This document shows, one piece after another, positions 10,598-17,248 of a stretch of DNA of 17,248 bases. The translations under genes were made by a program, and so were the position numbers. Location of the stretch: IMG/VR virus record IMGVR_UViG_2571042870_000012; one strand, given 5' to 3'. This DNA comes from a virus (Duplodnaviria > Heunggongvirae > Uroviricota > Caudoviricetes). Under the pieces are notes generated by a model. That model was not told the origin of the DNA, searched no databases, and worked only from the letters and a program-made list of their open reading frames with translations. Numbering within the stretch: the first letter of the stretch is position 1; every line of letters starts with the position of its first letter.

Positions 10598-10768
10598 ATG
10601 TCAGAACGTAAAGACTCAAAATCACGCCGTAATTATCTCGTTAAATGTTCCTGCCCAAACTGCACCCAAGAGTCAGAACACAGTTTTTCAAGAGTACAAA
10701 AAGGTGCCCTTTTGATCTGCCCTCATTGCAACAAAGTATTCCAGACAAATCTTAAAGCTGTAGCCTGA
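10598..10768 (+). CDS. Small zinc-ribbon-like protein (56 aa, two CxxC pairs)
   Basis: ATG 10598-10600 with AGGA 7 nt upstream; translation MSERKDSKSRRNYLVKCSCPNCTQESEHSFSRVQKGALLICPHCNKVFQTNLKAVA. Possibly YnfQ/YmcF-like, not verified. Confidence 0.5.
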   Translation: MSERKDSKSRRNYLVKCSCPNCTQESEHSFSRVQKGALLICPHCNKVFQTNLKAVA

Positions 10769-10830
10769 TTGATTTTATTAGTAACAAGTATTTTTTATAT
10801 TTTAATAATATATTTAAAGCAGATAATAAA

Positions 10831-10853
10831 AAACCCGCCTGAGCGGGTTTGAG
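10831..10853. terminator. Rho-independent terminator (mainly minus strand, weaker on plus)
   Basis: Hairpin AAACCCGC-CTGA-GCGGGTTT; the minus strand continues with TTTTTTATTATCT, the plus strand with TTTGAGATT. Confidence 0.5.
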
Positions 10854-11131
10854 ATTGTGGTGCTTTTTGTGGGAGTCATCCACTTACGCACTTTGTTTTG
10901 CCATGCCAGCAGTTAGCTTCTGCTGTAAAACTATTCATGCAGCAAACCTGCACTTCACCACAATGGTTAGCATACTTTTCCTGATTAAGATTTTGCCAAA
11001 TATGCTGGCCATTGTTTCATGTATTGGACCTCCTTAATTTTTATTAAAGAAATCCAATATTCACTACTCTGTCCGTATCTCTACTCAGGCATCAGCCTTC
11101 TTCGTTATCGTATACAGACGAGCGATGAATT

Positions 11132-11347
11132 TTAATCAGTAATGATGACATTTGCTGCTGCAGGACCTTTAGCACCACTCTCTATAGAGAAGGTAACCTT
11201 TTGACCTTCAAATAAGGTTCGATAATTATCATTCTGAATCGCAGAAAAATGCACAAACACATCTTTACTACCATCAACAGGAGAAATAAAGCCGAAACCT
11301 TTATCAGCGTTAAACCATTTTACTAAACCAGTCATTTTATTTGACAT
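11132..11347 (-). CDS. cspB: Cold shock protein CspB
   Basis: 71 aa CspA-family protein [53 protein letters not shown]...; ATG at 11345-11347. Confidence 0.85.
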   Translation of the reverse strand: MSNKMTGLVKWFNADKGFGFISPVDGSKDVFVHFSAIQNDNYRTLFEGQKVTFSIESGAKGPAAANVIITD

Positions 11348-11647
11348 TCTACATTCCTTAACTTGAGCCTTTCGGCATAAATGGTTTGCATAACAGAAAC
11401 GACTTCGTACTTAATTGGAGAGACTCAAAGAAGGAATAAGTGAATAACACCTGAAATGAGAACTGCTTTAGTAAACTACTTCGTATATCGTCTGTTCTTC
11501 AAACCGACGCAATCATTAACGCATAGTTGAACATATGAAGCAATGTTTATTTTAGACATCCAGCCATCTTCAACCCCATCAAAAAACTATAGCTTTCTTC
11601 AGGAACGTGTGTATAGTGCGCCAAGTTATCAGTATTAAGGAATTTTT

Positions 11648-11860
11648 TTGTCCCGTAAAATGACAGGAATTGTCAAAACCTTTGACGGCAAAAGCGGCAA
11701 GGGTCTTATCACCCCATCCGATGGTCGTATCGATGTCCAGCTTCATGTTTCAGCGCTCAATCTCCGCGATGCAGAAGAAATTACCACCGGATTACGCGTG
11801 GAATTTTGCCGGATAAATGGTCTGCGTGGCCCTTCAGCTGCCAATGTTTACCTTTCATGA
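11648..11860 (+). CDS. cspF: Cold shock-like protein CspF
   Basis: Translation [45 protein letters not shown]...[13 protein letters not shown], transcribed divergently from cspB. The first codon is TTG with AAGGA 6-7 nt upstream; an internal ATG (MTGIV) is an alternative start. Confidence 0.8.
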
Positions 11861-11914
11861 GCTATATTAAAGCTTTAATTTCAGGCCCCATCGGATCACA
11901 CATGGAGAGTTTTT

Positions 11915-12004
11915 ATGAATAACCCCGTCTGTCTTGATGACTGGTTGATTGGCTTTAAAAGCTTATGCTGTACTTTGGCCGTAATAGCTCTGCTAATAAT
12001 ATAA
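11915..12004 (+). CDS. Candidate small hydrophobic protein (29 aa)
   Basis: ATG 11915-11917 preceded by GGAGAG with a 5 nt spacer; translation [29 protein letters not shown]. Lies 55 nt after the cspF stop and before the bidirectional terminator. Below the track cutoff. Confidence 0.3.
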
Positions 12005-12152
12005 TAAGCAGACTCATTGTGTTTAGGGACATTGTACTGGAAGAAAACATTTTAAACATCAGGCAAATAACCAAGTCACCAGCTAAATAATAAGTTAACA
12101 GACATGAGTCCCGGGATGAGATTCAACATTACCATTGCCCCATTTAAAGCAC

Positions 12153-12188
12153 AAAACCCGCTCATCAGCGGGTTTTCTACTTTTTCTT
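12153..12188. terminator. Bidirectional rho-independent terminator (tR'-like on the minus strand; cspF terminator on the plus strand)
   Basis: Hairpin AAAACCCGCT-CATC-AGCGGGTTTT with T-rich tracts on both sides (plus: TTTTCTACTTTTTCTT; minus: TTTTGTGCTTT). Confidence 0.55.
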
Positions 12189-12221
12189 AACGTCGGGTAT
12201 ACAAAGCCCATCGTTGAAAAA

Positions 12222-12250
12222 ATTTTATCCATATTTTTTGAAAAATGCAA
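12222..12250 (-). promoter_or_regulatory. Candidate late promoter (pR'-like) downstream of the Q gene
   Basis: Minus strand has TTGCAT (complement of 12245-12250), a 17 nt spacer, and TAAAAT (complement of 12222-12227), about 30 nt after the Q stop and about 60 nt before the terminator. Position mirrors lambda pR'/qut/tR'. Confidence 0.35.
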
Positions 12251-12281
12251 ACATCATGTCGCCATCTTCAGCAAAAATCAT

Positions 12282-13034
12282 TTATCTCGTCACCTTCCTC
12301 AATTGCGCTTCCGCGTATGCTTCTTCCTGCCAGCACTTTGTTACCAGTTTACCAATGACGTCCGCATACCCCTTATACCACTGATAATCGGTCAGGTCTG
12401 GTACCAGCTTCTGGACATGACGTCGTGCCAGCGTGGTCGGTAAACGACTAAACCGGTTTCCATTACAACGCCCACAAATCTTATATACCGGTACGCCATG
12501 AAACCGGGTTCTTTTTTCATCCAGAACAATCCCTTTACCCTTACACCCTCTGCACGCTGTGCTGGCTTCGCCCTTACCATGGCAATGCTGACATAGTTCC
12601 TTCACCCATTCTTCCTTGATTACAGATTCCCCGCGTCTGTAGTGTTTCACCACTTCGCGCAATACATTATAAAATCCCGTACCTGAACAATGCTCACAGC
12701 GAGCTTTACTTGCCGCAGACCTGGAGTAATCAGCAAAGGCAAAACTCACGAGGTAAGGAATAATCTGTAACCGGATTTCTTCACTCAATTTGTTCAATGT
12801 CGGGTTATCCAGTGCCATCGCGTAATTTAGCAGGCCTTCAATCGCAAACTGAGGGTCCTGAACACCAACTTTTGCCAGAAATAAGGCCAACCCAAGTGGT
12901 GCTTTCGACTGCACCATCCCCTGCGCTGCCATTACATCCGTAATTGTTAAACAACCGGTGCCTGTCGCTGGAGCGTCATCGCTCAATTTTGGAGATTTTG
13001 GGGAGTAATATTTTGGTAAGGCTTCAAGGTTCAT
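12282..13034 (-). CDS. quuQ: Late-gene antitermination protein Q (phage 82 / 21 family)
   Basis: 250 aa from ATG 13032-13034 (MNLEALPKYYSPK...) with GGAG 7 nt upstream; Cys-rich zinc-binding region CEHCSGTG...CQHCHGKGEASTACRGCKGKG...CGRCNG. The track ORF starts at an upstream TTG. Confidence 0.8.
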   Translation of the reverse strand: MNLEALPKYYSPKSPKLSDDAPATGTGCLTITDVMAAQGMVQSKAPLGLALFLAKVGVQDPQFAIEGLLNYAMALDNPTLNKLSEEIRLQIIPYLVSFAFADYSRSAASKARCEHCSGTGFYNVLREVVKHYRRGESVIKEEWVKELCQHCHGKGEASTACRGCKGKGIVLDEKRTRFHGVPVYKICGRCNGNRFSRLPTTLARRHVQKLVPDLTDYQWYKGYADVIGKLVTKCWQEEAYAEAQLRKVTR

Positions 13035-13047
13035 GCTCGTTCTCCAC

Positions 13048-14097
13048 TTACGCCAGTACGCCAATTGCCAGCGCGCGATCGATAAAACGAAATATCAGCT
13101 CCAGTTGGGAGCCATACTTCTCTTCAAATGCCACTGTATCCGTATGCAGCTCGTTGTGATGCTTTCTGCACAAAGGCAACACAAAGAGATCATGTGCTTT
13201 TGTTCCCATTCCGCCCTGCCCGTGACCAATCAGATGATGCGGATCGTCGGCTGGCATACCGCAGCAAGCACACGGCTGTGTCTTAACCCAACGTGTGTAT
13301 TTCTCCTTAACCCAGCGGCGACGTTTAGGCAGCTTCATGAAAGATTCCGGAGACTCTGGATCAACGGTGATGCTTACCACCGTCTTTTCCTGTGGTAGTT
13401 TTTGTTGCTGGTGGGCGTAAGGCAACGGTGCAAGATTTTTTGTGCGTTGTTTCAATATGCTGGTGGCGGTCTGCTCTCCCGGTACGATGTCGCTTTCGCG
13501 GTACACCGAGCAGATTTTTTCCGCTGGTAATCCCAGCGAACGACGCGATACAGCCTCAGGTAGTGCATCCACCACCTGATTGCAGACCGCCCACCAGGAT
13601 AATTCAGCCAAAGATAATTCCCGCTCCTGCGTACCGCTTATTGCGTGACGGATGACGTCAATCACCCATGCTGTCAGATTTTGTTGAGCAAGCAGCTCCA
13701 GTGATTCCGATGTCTGGTCACGCAGTTGGTTGTCGCAGTGCCAACACAACACCATTGCGCCGGTACCATAACGGTGAATGACTGTTTCAGTGTGATGGTA
13801 ATCGCCATTAGGCCACTGGCAGGATGTAACATGACGTAATAGCCAGTCAGACAATGAGCCAACGCCGCCAGCAGCACGAATCACCCGTGCGTTACTGAAA
13901 AACGGCAGCAATGTTTTGTCTTCCACCAGCGGCTGGCGAGCGGCAGGAACGACCCCGGACGGCAGATTACGCATGCTTTTCGGTTCCGGCTCCACCAGTA
14001 ACCGGGTATTGTGGAATACCGGCATGGATTCACGGCCCGGCTTAACGATCACCAGCCCGAGTTCCGGTACCAGAACAGGTCGAAGTAATACCCGCAC
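13048..14097 (-). CDS. ydfU: YdfU-like protein (DUF968 family, nin-region)
   Basis: 349-codon ORF with a C-terminal Cys/His cluster (CACCGMPADDPHHLIGHGQGGMGTKAHDLFVLPLCRKHHNELH), directly upstream of Q. Apparent GTG start at 14095-14097, one base after the rem-like stop. Confidence 0.7.
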   Translation of the reverse strand: MRVLLRPVLVPELGLVIVKPGRESMPVFHNTRLLVEPEPKSMRNLPSGVVPAARQPLVEDKTLLPFFSNARVIRAAGGVGSLSDWLLRHVTSCQWPNGDYHHTETVIHRYGTGAMVLCWHCDNQLRDQTSESLELLAQQNLTAWVIDVIRHAISGTQERELSLAELSWWAVCNQVVDALPEAVSRRSLGLPAEKICSVYRESDIVPGEQTATSILKQRTKNLAPLPYAHQQQKLPQEKTVVSITVDPESPESFMKLPKRRRWVKEKYTRWVKTQPCACCGMPADDPHHLIGHGQGGMGTKAHDLFVLPLCRKHHNELHTDTVAFEEKYGSQLELIFRFIDRALAIGVLA

Positions 14098-14098
14098 G

Positions 14099-14377
14099 TT
14101 ACCTCCAGATGCGTTGCTGGAATGTGTGGGACGGACGCGGTGGGCGTTCGGAGTAAGGCAATCTGACTGAGATTATCCAGTGACGGTAGTCGAGGCTAAG
14201 GGCTTTTTTAACCTCGTATCCGCGCCTGCGGTAACACTGAATTATCCATTCAGCCTGCTCTTCAGTGCATGGTGGATGCTGGAACCAGTCCGATTTGAAT
14301 GCATGAAAACGCCGTCCGCACCTGCTGGCAAAGACGGCAGAATCATCAGAATTGTGTAATTTGGTATCGTGCGCCAT
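14099..14377 (-). CDS. rem: Rem-like small protein
   Basis: 92 aa from the only in-frame ATG (MAHDTKLHNSDDSAVFASRCGRRFHAFKSDWFQHPPCTEEQAEWIIQCYRRRGYEV...), at the rem position (rem-ydfU-Q). The track ORF begins at an upstream TTG; the Shine-Dalgarno is weak. Confidence 0.5.
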   Translation of the reverse strand: MAHDTKLHNSDDSAVFASRCGRRFHAFKSDWFQHPPCTEEQAEWIIQCYRRRGYEVKKALSLDYRHWIISVRLPYSERPPRPSHTFQQRIWR

Positions 14378-14737
14378 CGGTTGTCTCTGCTGGCGCAGCA
14401 GGTGCCAGTTGTTCAGGCTGGCGTATAAAGTATAAATAAACTGGTTCCAGTGTAAAGCCCCTACATTAATGGAATAAAAGTCAAACAACAGATTGTTGGG
14501 ATAAACACAACGCTTATTATTAAAAGCGATTAGATAAATTAAATTTTAATGTTATGCAATTTTACCAGATCACCATAACATCTCGTTTGAAACCACCGAA
14601 ACAACAACCATATCAATATTGATTATGTTAAAGTGAGTAAATATGGAAAACAACAAATCTGCACATTACGCTCCTTCTTTATCTGTGATACTTTTTGTTT
14701 TATGCTGTGTGTGGGCATTATTTTTATAAAAATATTT

Positions 14738-14766
14738 ACAGATAAAATAAACCCGCCGAAGCGGGT
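14738..14766 (-). terminator. Rho-independent terminator downstream of hok
   Basis: Hairpin AACCCGC-CGAA-GCGGGTT followed on the minus strand by TTTATTTTATCTGT. Confidence 0.5.
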
Positions 14767-14835
14767 TAAGTGCGGGTGCATTGAGGATGCCTGACACATC
14801 AGAGGTGGCGAGGGATTTCTCCCTCGCCAAGTCTC

Positions 14836-14991
14836 TTACTCCTCAGGTTCGTAGACTGTGAAGACAGCGACCTCCGTCTGGCCGGTTCGGATTCGTACCT
14901 CGCAGAGGTCTTTCCTCGTTACCAGTGCCGTCACTATGACGGTTAAACAGATGACGATCAGGGCGATTAACATCGCCTTTTGCTGCTTCAT
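14836..14991 (-). CDS. hokD: Hok-family type I toxin (51 aa)
   Basis: Translation MKQQKAMLIALIVICLTVIVTALVTRKDLCEVRIRTGQTEVAVFTVYEPEE; AAGGAG 9 nt upstream of ATG 14989-14991. A GC hairpin (14807-14828) follows the stop. The track ORF extends in frame to an ATG at 15048. Confidence 0.85.
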   Translation of the reverse strand: MKQQKAMLIALIVICLTVIVTALVTRKDLCEVRIRTGQTEVAVFTVYEPEE

Positions 14992-15577
14992 AGCCTGCTT
15001 CTCCTTGCCTTTTGGCACGTAAGAGGCTAACCTAGATTTGCCGTTCATAGATTGAGCCTCAGATTAATGTTAAGCGTCTTGCAGGACGCGTAATGTTAAC
15101 TGGGGCTTTTCTCTATCTGCCTTTGGTGTTCATGCCTGAGACAGATAGCCTCAAGCACCCGCAGCCATTCTACTTAACTCCCGTCACCTGGCCAATATAA
15201 AATCAATCAGAAAGGCGATCCATAAGAACAACAGCAAGACAATAAATTGCCATTACAGCTGCAATAGCCAGCGCACATTTGAGAACCAGCACGACAACCT
15301 CCTGTATTGGACGTACACCAGTCCTGATAAATATGAGGCTCTCTCATCATTGATGAGATACAACTATTGGGTATAGTTTCTGTGATTTTGTTCTGTAGAA
15401 ATGGAACACAACAACCAGTAACCACCAGCGATTCTTTAAATACGCCAAATCCGACGCAAGCTAACCTTCTAGTCCGCTTTGGGCGAAGACCGGACGTTCG
15501 ATAGGTGTGAACTAGTAACTTTAAAAACATTTAATTACCAGTAAAAAAACAAGAATATACTATCACTTTTCCAATTT

Positions 15578-16603
15578 TTAATTACCCTTATCAATTTTAA
15601 GAAATACATTTCCAATCTCATCAGAATAATCCTGTATTATTTTTGAAATGACGGCATGATCAATGGTTGGTTTTAAGAATAAAAGTGTCACAGTAATCTG
15701 CATCAAACTAATAGCAGTAGCATGGGCTGGATCAGCCATTCCTGAATCACTTTGCCCGACCAATAATATATCATCACCAGTTTCACAGAGACCAAGCCTA
15801 TTTCTCATTGCCTTGGAACCGGTGTGTACATTCTGACTCGCCCACTTATAATAAGGGCGCATGTGTTCTAACTGAACATCTTTCTCAATAGCTCCAAACC
15901 CCACTTTATTATGGTTAGGGAAAATATAAGATGCCCACCCATAATTATCTGCATATTTTTTGCCGTATTTTTTTATTAATAGATCAAATTGAACTTTACA
16001 CTCAGCTATTTCTTCAATAGTTGGACCTTTTGCTTCTAACCGGTGCTCGTACTTTTTGTGTTCCAACATTCCAGTATATGAATCAACCACTTCATGGTAG
16101 TAAAAGCGCTCAGCACACTCTTTTCCATGCTTTGCTATAAACATAGCTGTGGCTGCTACCTCATGAAGTGCTCGCCATCTCGCTTGGGCAGCATCTGCAA
16201 ATCCATTCTTTAAGAGACACAAAATTTCGTTGGCGATGTGGCAAGCTCTTGCGTGATGCCGAACGACTAAATCAAAAACCACATCCTCTTCAGAGGCAGC
16301 TTGTGGTCTATAAGAACGATTGAACTCTTCACCGGACTCCGTGCATATCACTATAAGTGTTTCGAGCAAATCAAAAGCCTCTGCCCATCTTGAAATATTT
16401 CTCTCAACAAATTCATCACAAAGAGAACGATGTTCTCTAAGCATTGCATTGGCCGAGCCAATAAGAGATTTTTTAACGACAATGGCTATTTTGGGAATTA
16501 GGTTATTAATTTCTTTTTCGATATCAGCGTCACCAGATAAATCAAGTCTCTCTTTTAAAAGGCTGTCTATGTGCTCAAGCAAAATATTATGAAAAGTATC
16601 CAT
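15578..16603 (-). CDS. Hypothetical protein, AT-rich orphan cargo gene (341 aa from ATG; 345 from an upstream TTG)
   Basis: Long uninterrupted ORF with K/E/I/N-rich, low-GC codon usage unlike the flanking genes. No transmembrane segment or motif I can assign with confidence. Flanked by AT-rich non-coding DNA. Confidence 0.7.
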   Translation of the reverse strand: MDTFHNILLEHIDSLLKERLDLSGDADIEKEINNLIPKIAIVVKKSLIGSANAMLREHRSLCDEFVERNISRWAEAFDLLETLIVICTESGEEFNRSYRPQAASEEDVVFDLVVRHHARACHIANEILCLLKNGFADAAQARWRALHEVAATAMFIAKHGKECAERFYYHEVVDSYTGMLEHKKYEHRLEAKGPTIEEIAECKVQFDLLIKKYGKKYADNYGWASYIFPNHNKVGFGAIEKDVQLEHMRPYYKWASQNVHTGSKAMRNRLGLCETGDDILLVGQSDSGMADPAHATAISLMQITVTLLFLKPTIDHAVISKIIQDYSDEIGNVFLKIDKGN

Positions 16604-16830
16604 ATCATATCTCAATAAGTTTTAAATCCATGTGGCACACCCATAATATAAAAATAAACAGCATGCCAGTCTAAGTCTGGCTATTTGTATATCATATCAC
16701 CTGAAACATTGACAGATGTAACCCACCAAAATATTATCAATGACCACTCTTGGCACAAAGCGAACAACCACGCTAGCTCTACCTTGTGCCATGAAAATGT
16801 CAATGCATATCTGAACTAATGCCCTTTAAT

Positions 16831-17248
16831 CTAGTAACGTCTAAAATACCTAACATTTCCCTGATAAAATGCCATAATGCGCTGCATAACTTCGCTCTTC
16901 CGGCACTCGCGACAGATTATGTTTAGACAACTATCGTAGCGACGTATTTCTCCGTCAGGTAATGACCAGATAAGGTCCGGATCAACCGCAGATGGTTTTT
17001 TCAGCTTTGCCCTTGAGAGCTTTTTACGGGCATTTTGCCAGTCCTTACGCGCCTGTTCAGACGGGAATAACCCGTAACCAGAGTTGTATACATCGCCACT
17101 GGCAACCAGCTCTCTGGCCAGAACGCTCATCAGATATCTTGTTGCCCCAGTTTTAGTTTCCAGTTGTCGTAACGTCTCGCGCCCACTCTGGCGTACGAGT
17201 TCAACAACCTGCCTGGATTTGCCCCTATATTTCCAGACATCTGTTATC
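16831..17248 (-). CDS. Ren-like protein (partial; frame stays open to the window edge)
   Basis: C-terminus ...CLNIICRECRKSEVMQRIMAFYQGNVRYFRRY and internal ...TGAT... resemble lambda Ren as recalled (...FKECRQSAAMKRVLAVYGVKR; ...LTGATV...). The frame has no stop upstream within the window, so the true start is at or beyond 17248. Confidence 0.4.
   Translation of the reverse strand, partial: ITDVWKYRGKSRQVVELVRQSGRETLRQLETKTGATRYLMSVLARELVASGDVYNSGYGLFPSEQARKDWQNARKKLSRAKLKKPSAVDPDLIWSLPDGEIRRYDSCLNIICRECRKSEVMQRIMAFYQGNVRYFRRY

Noticed and set aside
14836-15048. In-frame 70-codon extension of hok as a mok gene
   Set aside because: Canonical mok overlaps hok in a different frame; the in-frame ATG at 15048 has no evident Shine-Dalgarno, while hok's own ATG has AAGGAG, so I call only the 51-codon hok.
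15207-15530. 107-codon Cys-rich minus-strand ORF between hok and the orphan ORF
   Set aside because: No ribosome-binding site and a composition that looks like a frame artefact across regulatory DNA; the only convincing translation signal here belongs to the 29-codon ORF in a different frame (15203-15292).
15049-15577. Expected relE/relB genes upstream of hok
   Set aside because: Translating the minus strand in this interval gave nothing resembling the RelE C-terminus or RelB, so the K-12-like relBE pair is absent; only a full alignment could reveal a short remnant.
15950-15975. Possible HEPN-like R-x6-H motif (RHHARACH) in the orphan ORF
   Set aside because: A single short motif match is not evidence for a HEPN fold; it is mentioned only as something a profile search could test.

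Overview
This window is a segment of a defective lambdoid prophage of the E. coli Qin / phage 21 type, transcribed almost entirely on the minus strand. Reading the minus strand from the window end (17248) toward position 1: a partial Ren-like ORF; an AT-rich orphan ORF of about 341-345 codons; a hok toxin gene; rem-like, ydfU-like and a Q antiterminator gene; a pR'/tR'-like late control region; three cold-shock paralogs (cspF, cspB, cspI) interleaved with an S21-type pinholin, SAR endolysin and Rz/Rz1 lysis cassette; small moron genes (ynfN-like, gnsB, ydfO); a cos-like site; then terminase small and large subunits, gpW, portal and a ClpP-like prohead protease. The head module stops after the protease and abuts a 3' tail-fibre fragment plus a tail-fibre assembly gene, so capsid and tail genes are absent. 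No tRNA, rRNA, CRISPR array or IS element was seen. All identifications rest on reading the translations and on recollection of lambda / Qin proteins; no database search was run. The most interesting candidate is the AT-rich orphan ORF at 15578-16603, which sits where I recall K-12 Qin carrying relBE; several unannotated small ORFs with ribosome-binding sites are also flagged.
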